A stretch of DNA of 64,000 bases from NCBI GenBank assembly GCA_022841985.1, contig JALHQL010000004.1, positions 1,726 through 65,725 of the forward strand, written 5' to 3'. Position 1 is the stretch's first letter. Every line of letters starts with the position of its first letter. This stretch comes from Minisyncoccota bacterium (GTDB lineage: Bacteria > Patescibacteriota > Minisyncoccia > Phycocordibacterales > Phycocordibacteraceae). The notes under the pieces were generated by a model. That model ran no database searches. It saw only the letters and a program-made list of their open reading frames with translations, and had not been told where the DNA came from. Position numbers and translations under genes: made by a program. Shown piece by piece: positions 1 to 9,462 of this stretch.

Positions 1-140
1 TGCCTTTTGCAGCCCTTACTCTTCCCGTATTCCCGTTCTGGCTAGTACTCTTCTCCTACGCGGGACTTATCTATAGTGCCTCCTCAAAACGATTTTCAAC
101 GACACTCCAGTTGAGGTTCGCAAAGAAGGCGTCAACATAA
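1..140 (+). CDS. 3' end of a membrane protein, probably ComEC/Rec2 competence protein (partial)
   Basis: Frame from nt 3 reads PFAALTLPVFPFWLVLFSYAGLIY...AST* (stop 138-140), resembling the ComEC membrane-domain C-terminus; a ComEC-type MBL ORF lies 540 nt downstream. Confidence 0.5.
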   Translation, partial: PFAALTLPVFPFWLVLFSYAGLIYSASSKRFSTTLQLRFAKKAST

Positions 141-661
141 TTTTTCTTCTCGGCAGGAACATAATCAACCATAAACGCATGTTCCCAGAGATCAAGAGCA
201 AGGATAATTGGCAATCCCGCAAGTTGCCCAACTTCGTGGTCATTCACAAACACTGTATGAAGAGTTTTTGCAACAGGGTCGGCATATACGACAACCCAAC
301 CAATACCGCGACTCCCAGCGACATCCTTTATATGCGCAATAAGATCTTGTGGGCTATATTTTTCCGCAACAGCTTTTGTAAGCGTACTATTGGCAGAGAA
401 GGGAACTGCTCCGCCCTCAAACTGAGCAAAGTAGTATTCGTGCATCCGCATGCCATCAAACTCAAATGCAAAACGACGTCGAAGCTCTGCAACCATGTAT
501 GGATCGAGCTCAAGTTTCCCAGTACGCACGAAGGCAAGCTTCTCCGCAATGAGATTCACGTGCTTTACATACCCTTCATAGAGAGCAAGATGCACCTTAA
601 TTTGCTTCTCCGAAATACCTGCAAGAACCGGTAGATTGAATGCTTTTGTTGGATATGTCAT
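71..661 (-). CDS. sod: Fe/Mn superoxide dismutase
   Basis: DLWEHAF C-terminal SOD motif, N-terminal HxxLYxGYV, MHEYYF, GWV segment. Confidence 0.88.
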   Translation of the reverse strand: MTYPTKAFNLPVLAGISEKQIKVHLALYEGYVKHVNLIAEKLAFVRTGKLELDPYMVAELRRRFAFEFDGMRMHEYYFAQFEGGAVPFSANSTLTKAVAEKYSPQDLIAHIKDVAGSRGIGWVVVYADPVAKTLHTVFVNDHEVGQLAGLPIILALDLWEHAFMVDYVPAEKKNYVDAFFANLNWSVVENRFEEAL

Positions 662-678
662 ACGATAGAATCTATCAC

Positions 679-1137
679 ATGTTCAACTCTCTACCGAGAA
701 GTGTGTATCTCATACTTTTCGTCATACTCACCGCAGGAAATATAAGTGTGTACCGAACGATACTCGCGCCGCAGACACTCAAGACGTCAGTACTTGAGGT
801 AGGGAAGAAGGGGAGTGCGATTCTTGTGCGTAGCTCAGACGGCGCGATAATCCTCATCGATACAGGGCCAGACGCAAGCATTCTCCGCGCTCTTGGAAAA
901 GAATTGCCGCCATGGCAGAGAAAAATTGACGCGGTCCTGCTTACGAGCGAAAAGAATAGCGCCGTTGGCGGGCTACCGGATGTCCTCAGTCATTACCATG
1001 TGACACAGCAGATATCCCTGACACGCGATCAACGACTCACTTTTGGCACCGATACCTATATTGATATTGAAATACGTAAAAACGCCCCTGCGGGCGTTTT
1101 TGTTTCAGACGGAGTTTCGGTTCACTCAATTAGATAG
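679..1137 (+). CDS. Truncated, degenerate ComEC-type metallo-beta-lactamase-fold protein
   Basis: N-terminal TM helix, VLEVGKKGSAILV, ILIDTG, IDAVLLT...VGGL; the HxHxDH motif is replaced by SEKNSA; start taken at ATG 679. Confidence 0.65.
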   Translation: MFNSLPRSVYLILFVILTAGNISVYRTILAPQTLKTSVLEVGKKGSAILVRSSDGAIILIDTGPDASILRALGKELPPWQRKIDAVLLTSEKNSAVGGLPDVLSHYHVTQQISLTRDQRLTFGTDTYIDIEIRKNAPAGVFVSDGVSVHSIR

Positions 1138-1372
1138 CTCCGGCCTTCTTCAGTGCTGCAAAAGCACCGTTCTTCTTAATAGTCTTGAGCCCCTTTATTG
1201 ATACGTCGACGATAATGGTCTTTTTAAGTTCTGGCACGTACACACGGCGCTTATGGAGATTTGCCTTACGACGGACCTTGCCAACCGGGTTAAATTGCGT
1301 TGCACGGGTGCGGTTAGAGTACCGCCCGCCAATTTGCGTGCTCTTGCCAGTTATTTCACAAGCTCGTGCCAT
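1130..1372 (-). CDS. rpmB: 50S ribosomal protein L28
   Basis: 80 aa MARACEITGK...RRKANLHKRRVYVPELKK...KGLKTIKKNG; start ATG 1372. Confidence 0.92.
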   Translation of the reverse strand: MARACEITGKSTQIGGRYSNRTRATQFNPVGKVRRKANLHKRRVYVPELKKTIIVDVSIKGLKTIKKNGAFAALKKAGAI

Positions 1373-1411
1373 AGTCGTTGCATGGTAGCATAGGATACGA
1401 AACCAGCAAAT

Positions 1412-2047
1412 ATGGAAATCTTTCTCTCTCTTGTCGTTCTTGTTCTCTCTATTATCGCGCATGAAGTCGCGCACGGCTACGCCGCCAATTCGCTCGGCGA
1501 CCCAACTGCCCGTCTCGCCGGCCGCCTCACTCTCAATCCGATCCCGCACGTCGATCTTATGGGCTCTATTATCCTCCCCGCACTCCTTGTCTTCACAAGC
1601 TCGCCAATACTTTTCGGCTGGGCAAAACCTGTCCCTTATAACCCCTACAATCTCAGAAATCAGCGCTGGGGCGAAGCCTTTGTCGCAGTCGCTGGTAGCG
1701 CAACTAATATCCTTCTCGCAATTATTTTTGGTCTTATCGTCCGATTCGGGGGAGCGATCGGACTCGACGAAGCGGCACTTTCACTTGCTGCAACAATCGC
1801 ATTCATTAATCTTTTTCTTGGTCTTTTCAACCTTATTCCGTTTCCACCTCTTGATGGCTTCACCGTACTGCGCGCAGGGCTTCCGTGGCATCTCTCTTCC
1901 GGTTTGAGCCGTATTGAACAACAGGTTCGCGCTGCTGGTATTCTCTCGCTTGTCATTTTCCTTATTGTCTTCTCCTATGTCTTTGCCGGGCCATTCTTCA
2001 ATTTCGTCCGCTGGCTCTTTGGGCTTCTCATAGGCAGCGGTATATAA
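1412..2047 (+). CDS. Site-2 protease (M50 family)
   Basis: HEVAH zinc motif and NLIPFPPLDG motif, multiple TM helices. Confidence 0.92.
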   Translation: MEIFLSLVVLVLSIIAHEVAHGYAANSLGDPTARLAGRLTLNPIPHVDLMGSIILPALLVFTSSPILFGWAKPVPYNPYNLRNQRWGEAFVAVAGSATNILLAIIFGLIVRFGGAIGLDEAALSLAATIAFINLFLGLFNLIPFPPLDGFTVLRAGLPWHLSSGLSRIEQQVRAAGILSLVIFLIVFSYVFAGPFFNFVRWLFGLLIGSGI

Positions 2048-2313
2048 TGCACTCTATGGACTTCAATAAAATCCCGAAACAATTCTGCGAGAACGTCGTT
2101 GCGGGACACTCCGAAGAAAATTTCGTCATGATCATGAGCGTTGGCGAAACGGCAAATGCCTATGCGCTCACGCCGCCGCACATGAAGCGTCTTGTGCAAA
2201 GTCTCACACATCAAGTTGAGGAATATGAAAAAAAGTTTGGTCCCATACAAGCAACATGGTCACCCGGCATTGAGAGTCCTATTCAATCTAAAGATATTAA
2301 GGGGAATAGTTAA
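2047..2313 (+). CDS. DUF3467-like small protein
   Basis: FCENVVAGHSEENF...LTPPHMKRLVQSL...YEKKFGPI pattern. Confidence 0.65.
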   Translation: MHSMDFNKIPKQFCENVVAGHSEENFVMIMSVGETANAYALTPPHMKRLVQSLTHQVEEYEKKFGPIQATWSPGIESPIQSKDIKGNS

Positions 2314-2347
2314 TGTTCGTTACATACGGCTGCTATACTAGAAAGGT

Positions 2348-2770
2348 ATGGAGTACCATGTGCCGCAATTCATTGAGGTTGAAGATAAGATAATCGGGCC
2401 TTTGACCTTGCGACAATTTATTTACATCGCTGGGGCGGGCGGGCTTTGCATTGTCTTCTTTGCCTATTTGCCAATCGTCTTTGCTCTTCTGCTCTCGGTA
2501 CCAGTCATAGCGTTCGCAGCAGCGCTCGCATTCTATAAAGTAAACGGCAAAGCGTTCATCGACATTCTTGAAGCTGGCTTTAATTACTACACAGGAGCAA
2601 AACTCTTCCTCTGGAAACAGCGCGAAATCAAGGCAGAGGAGCAGCATGCAGCAGCGACTGCAGCTGCCGCAGCTGCTACTGCTCTCCGAGAAGTTCGAAA
2701 CACCCCGAAACTGACACGGGGAAAACTCTCTGAACTCGCATGGTCGCTCGATGTTCGTTCCTCAAAATAA
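2348..2770 (+). CDS. PrgI family membrane protein
   Basis: VPQFIEVEDKIIGPLTLRQF N-terminus, two TM helices, upstream of VirB4. Confidence 0.88.
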   Translation: MEYHVPQFIEVEDKIIGPLTLRQFIYIAGAGGLCIVFFAYLPIVFALLLSVPVIAFAAALAFYKVNGKAFIDILEAGFNYYTGAKLFLWKQREIKAEEQHAAATAAAAAATALREVRNTPKLTRGKLSELAWSLDVRSSK

Positions 2771-2771
2771 T

Positions 2772-3407
2772 ATGGCGACAAAAATAGCAAGCGCGACCCA
2801 ACAATTTGTTCCCGTTAAAGAAATACGAAATGGCACCATCATTCTCAAAGATGGTAGTTATCGCGGTGTCGTCATCTGTTCGTCCATCAACTTCGGACTT
2901 AAATCAGCCGATGAGCAGCATGCCATCACTCTCGGTTTTCAAAATTTCCTCAATACGCTCGATTTTTCAATTCAGATTGTCGTAAACTCGCGGAAGATGG
3001 ACTTACGCCCCTACCTCGCGCTTCTTGCCGAGAAAGCTTCTGAACAGAAAACGGAGCTTATGCGAATTCAGCTTCGCGAATATATAGAATTTGTTCGATC
3101 TTTTGCCGACCAGGCGAACATTATGACGAAGTCATTTTATATCATCGTCCCCTATGCGCCGCATGTTTCTGTGTCTAGCGCTACCGGTTTCCTGCGGCGT
3201 GAGAGCGACTCTGCGAAGAGTGCTGCAGCTCAGACTTCCTTTGAAGAGAGTCGTGCGCAACTTGAACAGCGCCTCTCTCTTGTTATCGGGGGCCTTGCAG
3301 GTACCGGGGTGCGTGCAGTCCCACTTGGCACCGAAGAAATCATAGAGCTTCTCTATCGGTCATTTAATCCCGGAGAGCTCGAAAACCCTATTCGTTTGGA
3401 TAATTGA
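2772..3407 (+). CDS. VirB4-associated (TraC/TrsE N-terminal-like) protein
   Basis: SINFGLKSADEQ, FLNTLDFSIQIVV; position between PrgI and VirB4. Confidence 0.7.
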   Translation: MATKIASATQQFVPVKEIRNGTIILKDGSYRGVVICSSINFGLKSADEQHAITLGFQNFLNTLDFSIQIVVNSRKMDLRPYLALLAEKASEQKTELMRIQLREYIEFVRSFADQANIMTKSFYIIVPYAPHVSVSSATGFLRRESDSAKSAAAQTSFEESRAQLEQRLSLVIGGLAGTGVRAVPLGTEEIIELLYRSFNPGELENPIRLDN

Positions 3408-3408
3408 T

Positions 3409-5229
3409 ATGTCATTACTTAATTTCCTCAATCGTAAAAAAGAAGAAGCTCCGGCAATAACACCGGTCCTACCGAAAGATATTTACCGACAAGGCTCATT
3501 GGATCTCGTCGATACTATCGCTCCGACGGCACTCAAGATCAGTTCACGCGAGATCGAACTTGGCGAAAAATTCGTCCGTACTTTTTATACCATCTCCTAC
3601 CCACGATTCCTCTCTGACAGCTGGTTCTCGCCCGTCATCAATCTCGACAAAGTGCTTGATGTCTCCATATTCATCCACCCGATAGAGACTGAGGTTGCGC
3701 TGCGCGGCTTCCAGAAGAAAGTTGCTGAGGTCCAGAGCCAAATCAGTGAGCGCGAAGCGAAAGGGTTGGTACGCGACCCTCTGCTCGATACCGCTTACCA
3801 AGATCTCGAGGATTTGCGAGACAGTCTGCAACAAGCGCAGGAAAAACTTTTTAATGTTGGATTGTACCTCGCCCTCTACGGCGACTCTAAAGAGGAAATC
3901 GATAAGACTGAAGGCGATATCCGCGGCATCCTCGACTCGAAACTTGTCTACACTAAGCCGGCGCTCTTCCAGCAAGAACAAGGGATTCGTTCTTGTCTGC
4001 CACTCGGCACCGACGAGCTCCTCGTTAATTCAAAACTCGATTCCTCGCCTCTTTCTTCGCTCTTTCCTTTCGTCTCCTTCGATCTCACAAGTGATCGCGG
4101 CATCCTCTACGGCATCAACCGCCATAATTCCTCTCTCATCCTTTTCGATCGCTTTTCGCTCGAAAACTACAATTCCGTCATTTTCGCAAAATCAGGCTCG
4201 GGCAAAAGCTATGCGACGAAGCTTGAGCTCCTACGTTCGCTCATGTTCGGCACTGACATCATCGTCATCGACCCTGAGCGGGAGTATGAACAACTTGCAG
4301 AAGCGACCGGTGGACGTTCTTTTAACATTTCGCTTTCCTCCGAGCACCATATCAATCCTTTTGATCTCCCGCCTGTCAAAGAGGATGAGGATCCGAAGAA
4401 TATTCTGCGCTCTAACATCATTGCGCTTGTCGGACTGTTTCGCATCATGCTCTCTGGTCTTACCCCCTCAGAGGATGCCATCATCGATCGCGCAATCAGC
4501 GAAACCTATGCGCTCAAAGATATCACCGGCGATACTGACTTTACGGGCGCCGAACCTCCATCTCTCTCCGACTTTGAGCAAGTGCTCTCCGGCATGGAGG
4601 GAAGCGAATCTTTGGTTGAACGCCTCTCAAAATACACGCGAGGTACCTGGGCAGGATTCCTCAACCAGCCGACCAACATCGACCTCAAGCAACAATTCGT
4701 CGTCTTCTCCGTGCGCGATATGGAGGATGAGCTTAAACCTGTGGCGATGTATATCATCACACACTACATCTGGAATGCGGTGCGCCACGAACTAAAGAAA
4801 CGCCTGCTCGTCATCGACGAAGCATGGTGGATGATGAAGAGTGAAGACACCGCCTCCTTCCTCTACTCAGTGGCAAAACGAGGACGCAAATATTATCTGG
4901 GTGTTTGCACGATTACCCAAGATGTTGAGGACTTCCTCAAGAGTCCGTATGGGCGGCCGATTCTTACCAACTCTTCTTTGCAATTGCTGCTAAAACAGTC
5001 GCCGACGACAATCGACGTGCTAAAAGAAACTTTCAGTCTCACTGAGGAAGAAAAATATCTCTTGCTCGAAGCCGGGGTGGGGGAGGGACTCTTCTTCGCA
5101 GGATTAAAACATGTTGCTATCAAGATAGTCGCGAGCTACACGGAAGACCAGATAATTACCTCCGATCCATCGCAAGTCCTCGCGATTAAACAGGAGAAGG
5201 ATCGCCATGTCCTTGCGCAGAAACAATAA
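3409..5229 (+). CDS. VirB4/TraC-like ATPase
   Basis: Walker A AKSGSGKS, IDPEREY, Walker B VIDEAW, KRGRKY, ITQDVEDF. Confidence 0.92.
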   Translation: MSLLNFLNRKKEEAPAITPVLPKDIYRQGSLDLVDTIAPTALKISSREIELGEKFVRTFYTISYPRFLSDSWFSPVINLDKVLDVSIFIHPIETEVALRGFQKKVAEVQSQISEREAKGLVRDPLLDTAYQDLEDLRDSLQQAQEKLFNVGLYLALYGDSKEEIDKTEGDIRGILDSKLVYTKPALFQQEQGIRSCLPLGTDELLVNSKLDSSPLSSLFPFVSFDLTSDRGILYGINRHNSSLILFDRFSLENYNSVIFAKSGSGKSYATKLELLRSLMFGTDIIVIDPEREYEQLAEATGGRSFNISLSSEHHINPFDLPPVKEDEDPKNILRSNIIALVGLFRIMLSGLTPSEDAIIDRAISETYALKDITGDTDFTGAEPPSLSDFEQVLSGMEGSESLVERLSKYTRGTWAGFLNQPTNIDLKQQFVVFSVRDMEDELKPVAMYIITHYIWNAVRHELKKRLLVIDEAWWMMKSEDTASFLYSVAKRGRKYYLGVCTITQDVEDFLKSPYGRPILTNSSLQLLLKQSPTTIDVLKETFSLTEEEKYLLLEAGVGEGLFFAGLKHVAIKIVASYTEDQIITSDPSQVLAIKQEKDRHVLAQKQ

Positions 5230-5851
5230 GCCGACGGTGCCTGAAGCGATGACGTGGGGAAAAGCTGCGCCCGTCCTTGCAATCTCTGCCATTTTTGACG
5301 CGCTAGGATTTTTATTTGGGATGTTTTGGCTCTTCGGTCCGGCATTAGCCGCTGCATACTGTACTGCCGTGGCAGGTGAGACCTTAGCAACATGGACATT
5401 TGGATTATTAGGGACAAAAACTGCCGCAGCAGTGTGCACGGCTGGCGCGGCGACGGCGGGATCATTCCTCTCGGAGCCTCTCATTATCTTCGGTACTGTG
5501 ATGGCTATGGCCACCGAACTCTTTGGTTGGCTCACAATTGGACTCATACTTATGATGACCAATGCGCGCATATTTAAAGAACATCAGAGTCATTCGCTTT
5601 TATTTGTTTCTAGTCTTGGCCTGTCCGAAATTCCATTGATTGGCTCTCTTCCCGCGCTTACTGGAGCCACTATTAAGATGTATCATGCTCAAATTAAGAA
5701 AGACAAAGAGATTTTGCTGAAACATAAGAAAGAGAGTGCCAATGCACAACTGCAAGAGCGCCGACAGCAAGCTGCAAAACTTATGCAGGCACACTATGCA
5801 AAAGCAGCAAACGCCGAGAGAATCCCCGACGAACTGCGTGAAGCGGCATAA
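5207..5851 (+). CDS. Hypothetical multi-pass membrane protein
   Basis: 214 aa with several hydrophobic helices, overlapping the VirB4 stop. Confidence 0.65.
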   Translation: MSLRRNNKPTVPEAMTWGKAAPVLAISAIFDALGFLFGMFWLFGPALAAAYCTAVAGETLATWTFGLLGTKTAAAVCTAGAATAGSFLSEPLIIFGTVMAMATELFGWLTIGLILMMTNARIFKEHQSHSLLFVSSLGLSEIPLIGSLPALTGATIKMYHAQIKKDKEILLKHKKESANAQLQERRQQAAKLMQAHYAKAANAERIPDELREAA

Positions 5852-6001
5852 GCGAAGCTTGCTCCCTGCGCGCGTTCGCAAGAGAAAAATCAGAATTTCT
5901 CTCTTGTCTCACTTGCTTGGTAGTAAGCGAAGCTTGCTCCCTGCGTTCGCTTCGAACAAATGAATGAAGACATTCATTTGTTACTCGACTCACTTGGTAG
6001 T
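5849..6001. repeat. Two tandem copies of a miniature hairpin element
   Basis: TAAGCGAAGCTTGCTCCCTGCG at 5849 and 5924; each copy has a different internal hairpin and ends in CTTGGTAGT. Confidence 0.8.
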
Positions 6002-6032
6002 GAACACCTCGCGTAGGATATATACTATAGGC

Positions 6033-7028
6033 ATGCATTTTAATTTCGTCATCGCTTGTATCGGAATCATCTTTGCCGTTCCTTTTGCAGCGACGGCCCA
6101 ATCCATAGGAAGTGCTGCGCAAGGTACTCCTTTTACTATCTCGGTGCGTCCGCAGTATCCGTCGCCGGGCAGCAAAGCGACCATTTCGCTCGTTTCGACT
6201 TCTCTGGACCTCGCGAATGCGATTATGACCGTTTTGGTTGCAGGGAAGGAAATCTATAGAGGCGCCGTGCAGCCAGTCGCCATTCCGCTCGGCAAAACAG
6301 GAAGTGTCGCAAATACGAAAGTGACAATTTCTTCCGGCGGTGTGAACTACAGCCAAACAGTCTTTATACAACCGCAAGATGTTGTACTCATCGCTGAACC
6401 TGTTTCATCGACGCCTCCACTTTATCCTGGTAAGTCTCTGGTGCCGATCGGGGGAGATGTACGAGTCGTCGCAGCAGCGAACTTAAGAGATGCTCAAGGA
6501 AAGACAATTGATCCTGCTACTCTTTCTTATGTATGGATGGTCAACGATGCTCAAATTGCAGATGCCTCTGGTATTGGCAAACAAGCGATTATGGTTGCTT
6601 CACCGTTACAATACCGTGCGCGTTCAGTGGCAGTCGCCGTCACGAGCCAAGACGGAATCCTTGTAGGCGGAGCGTCGCTCTCTTTCACGGCTCAAGAACC
6701 GACCGTGCGCCTTTACCGAAACGACCCCTTGCTCGGTATTCGCTACAACCGAGCTCTTTCCGGAGAATATGCCATCAGTGATGTGGAGGCTGCCATTTAT
6801 GCAGCGCCCTTCTCCTTGCCGACAACAAGCGGAGTACCTTTGGTCCAATGGTTCTTAAACGGCGCTCCGGCACAGACAGGCAATTCAATAACCCTGCGAC
6901 CAACAGGGAAAGGCCAAGGAAATGCGACACTCTCACTTGTCGCTTCTGCGAATAGTAGTGCGTCAGCCACTGCAAACCTCTCACTCCTTTTTGGGAAAGA
7001 ACCGAGTTTTAACCTATTCGGCTTATGA
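6033..7028 (+). CDS. Secreted beta-rich (Ig-like) hypothetical protein
   Basis: Signal peptide ending ATA-Q; beta-strand-rich; start taken at ATG 6033. Confidence 0.7.
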   Translation: MHFNFVIACIGIIFAVPFAATAQSIGSAAQGTPFTISVRPQYPSPGSKATISLVSTSLDLANAIMTVLVAGKEIYRGAVQPVAIPLGKTGSVANTKVTISSGGVNYSQTVFIQPQDVVLIAEPVSSTPPLYPGKSLVPIGGDVRVVAAANLRDAQGKTIDPATLSYVWMVNDAQIADASGIGKQAIMVASPLQYRARSVAVAVTSQDGILVGGASLSFTAQEPTVRLYRNDPLLGIRYNRALSGEYAISDVEAAIYAAPFSLPTTSGVPLVQWFLNGAPAQTGNSITLRPTGKGQGNATLSLVASANSSASATANLSLLFGKEPSFNLFGL

Positions 7029-7519
7029 AAAAAATGAATTTTGTGGCAATCGTCCTGTTTCTTGGATTTACTCCTCTCTATGTGTTTGCTCAGGGTTTCG
7101 TCCCGCTCGCAGGAATTCCAGGACTTACCACAGGCGAGGTGGCGGGTTCAGGCAATCTTGCACTCTTTTTCAATAATCTCTATAAGTATCTCATTGGTCT
7201 CGCTGCCACGCTCGCAATCATTCAGATTATCTGGGGAGGAATTGCTATAGCAACCAACAAGGACGATGTCAGTAAAATACTTGACGAGAAAGGAAAAATT
7301 TACAATGCGATCTTCGGTCTTATACTAGTCCTCTCACCCGTACTTGTTTTTTCTATCATAAATCCGAACATCTTGAATCTCTCTCTTAACCTCCCGCCAC
7401 TTGGCACGACACCCCCAGCTCGTTCTTCGGCGCTATCTACAACAACTCCTACACAGGCGCTGCCTCAAACAGGAGAAACATCTGTCCTGTCTGGTACGGC
7501 CTTACCTATACAATTCTAA
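7025..7519 (+). CDS. VirB2/TrbC-like pilin
   Basis: Signal peptide (VFAQ), then LAIIQIIWGG...KGKIYNAIFGLILVL...INPNIL, typical of CPR pilins. Confidence 0.75.
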   Translation: MKKMNFVAIVLFLGFTPLYVFAQGFVPLAGIPGLTTGEVAGSGNLALFFNNLYKYLIGLAATLAIIQIIWGGIAIATNKDDVSKILDEKGKIYNAIFGLILVLSPVLVFSIINPNILNLSLNLPPLGTTPPARSSALSTTTPTQALPQTGETSVLSGTALPIQF

Positions 7520-7522
7520 ATT

Positions 7523-8725
7523 ATGCGCCGCACACTTACCATCGTCTCTACCATAATAGTCCTCGTCGGGATCGGGACGGGAGTATATTTTTACTTCTTT
7601 GCGAATACCACAGGTGTCACAATCGCACCTCCTGAGGGAGGTGGTTTGCCGATAGCTGGGCAGGGGACAATGCCGATCACAGGAAATACTCCTGATACGG
7701 AAGCTCCAGTTGGTGCTCCCGTGTCAGTCTCTGCACGACTTGTGAAAATAAGTCCCGGACCAGTCGCACTTGGTGCGGTTGTCATTGACCATAAGGCGGT
7801 GAACGCAAGTTCTTCACCAGAAGTTGCTGTCTCCTACATCGAGCGACAAAGTGGCAATGTATTTTCCTATAAAGTTGGGGCCGCGACACTCACCCGTACT
7901 TCAAACAAGACCGTCCCTGGCATTCAGACGGCTTCATGGCTCCCTGACGGGTCACTCGCCTTCGTGCGCTACTTGTCGGGGACTGACTTTTCTACCATTA
8001 ATACGTATGCTCTTCCTTCAAACGGCTCGAATGGTTTTTTTCTACCCCAAAATCTTGCTGATGTAGCGGCTAGTCCGACAAGAGTCCTCACTCTCTCATC
8101 GGGCGTAAACGGATCGACTGTCTCACTCAGACGTATAGACGGCACCTCTCCCTCAACCGTATTTACAACACACCTCTCTGCGCTTCGATCTTCCTTTTCA
8201 GGAAAAAGTCAGTATCTCGTATTCACAAAACCTTCGATGACTCTTGCTGGCAATGCTTTTCTCATTGAGACTTCCGGCCGTTTCTCCCGTATTGCGGGAC
8301 CGCACAATGGTCTTGTAGCACTTGCGAGTCCGCTCGGGAAATGGATCCTTGTGAGTTTTGTACAAGAGGGTTCGATGCGTATGAACCTTATCAATACTGC
8401 GACAGCCGAGAGTATCCCTCTCCCTGTTGCGACCATCGCAGACAAATGCGTATGGACGGCCGATGATTCAGTTATCTATTGCGGCATTCCAGTAAATCCC
8501 CCCTCTGATTTTAATTATCCGGACGATTGGTACCAAGGAGCTGTGCCTTTCAATGATCGTCTATGGAAGATACAAGTTGATGGCCGTTATGCGCAACTGG
8601 TACTCGATTTTTCTGCAGAAACAAAAGATTCTCTTGATGCCGAGGCCCTTGCCATTAATCCCGCAAACACTGTCCTTGTATTCGTCAACAAGAACGATGG
8701 TTCTCTGTGGTCGTACTCACTGTGA
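7523..8725 (+). CDS. Membrane-anchored putative beta-propeller protein
   Basis: N-terminal TM anchor, WLPDGS and SPLGKW repeats, KCVW...YCG motif. Confidence 0.65.
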   Translation: MRRTLTIVSTIIVLVGIGTGVYFYFFANTTGVTIAPPEGGGLPIAGQGTMPITGNTPDTEAPVGAPVSVSARLVKISPGPVALGAVVIDHKAVNASSSPEVAVSYIERQSGNVFSYKVGAATLTRTSNKTVPGIQTASWLPDGSLAFVRYLSGTDFSTINTYALPSNGSNGFFLPQNLADVAASPTRVLTLSSGVNGSTVSLRRIDGTSPSTVFTTHLSALRSSFSGKSQYLVFTKPSMTLAGNAFLIETSGRFSRIAGPHNGLVALASPLGKWILVSFVQEGSMRMNLINTATAESIPLPVATIADKCVWTADDSVIYCGIPVNPPSDFNYPDDWYQGAVPFNDRLWKIQVDGRYAQLVLDFSAETKDSLDAEALAINPANTVLVFVNKNDGSLWSYSL

Positions 8726-9448
8726 TGCTTTGCTAGTCATTGCTCGGCGTACATACCATTCTTGCAATGCTCCTGCAATGTTTGTAGTGATGAAATAAAG
8801 CGCTATCGCGCTAGTTGTCGTGTAGGAAATAATTGCAATAATAAAAGGGAAGACGTATTTCAGCTGCAAACTCATGACTTTCTGAAAATCAGCCTGCATA
8901 CCGCCGAGCATCGAAGGCTTCATCGTCCCTGAAAGGGCCATATGTGCTTGAACAAACTGAGTGATGCCGGCCAATATCGCAAGAACAATACTTTTACCCA
9001 TCATTGAGATGAGCCCGAGAAATTCAAGAGAAATAGTATCTGGAACAGGAGTAAGCCCATAGAGCCGTGCGGTATTAATCACTGAAAATGGTTCATAAAA
9101 AAACACCCAATAGAGCGCGAACAGGACGGGAATCTGTATGAAAACCATGAGAATGCTTGCAAACGGGTTTACCTTTTCTGCACGATAGAGAGCGAGAGTT
9201 TCAAGCGCCTCTTTCTCTTTATTGCCCTTATATTTCTCTTTTAGATCCTTAATCTTTGGTTCCAGATCCCTCATCGCGATCTGTGTACGTGCTGCCGAAA
9301 GAGAGAAGGGAAGAAGAATAAGCCGAATAGCGACCGTGAGCAGAATAACGGCGATACCCACATCCGAACCGGGGATTAGAGCGGTCAGAGCGACTAGGGC
9401 ATTATAAATCGGATCATAGAAAGCACTGTAAAAGAAAGTTACAATCAC
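8717..9448 (-). CDS. yidC: Membrane protein insertase YidC
   Basis: AVILLTVAIRLILLP, QIPVLFALY, ALYFITTN; rpmH-rnpA-yidC synteny. Confidence 0.93.
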   Translation of the reverse strand: MIVTFFYSAFYDPIYNALVALTALIPGSDVGIAVILLTVAIRLILLPFSLSAARTQIAMRDLEPKIKDLKEKYKGNKEKEALETLALYRAEKVNPFASILMVFIQIPVLFALYWVFFYEPFSVINTARLYGLTPVPDTISLEFLGLISMMGKSIVLAILAGITQFVQAHMALSGTMKPSMLGGMQADFQKVMSLQLKYVFPFIIAIISYTTTSAIALYFITTNIAGALQEWYVRRAMTSKASQ

Positions 9449-9462
9449 AAGTCTATTCTACT

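Noticed and set aside
2645-2685. Poly-Ala GCN run in prgI
   Set aside because: Low-complexity linker with mixed codons, not a DNA repeat element
3695-4795. 366-aa alternate-frame ORF inside VirB4
   Set aside because: Ser/Arg-rich shadow of biased codon usage with no motifs
5849-6001. Possible CRISPR mini-array
   Set aside because: Only two repeats, the intervening sequences are hairpins with shared tails, and there are no cas genes
2348-8725. Integrative conjugative element
   Set aside because: No integrase, relaxase or att repeats; composition resembles neighbouring core genes
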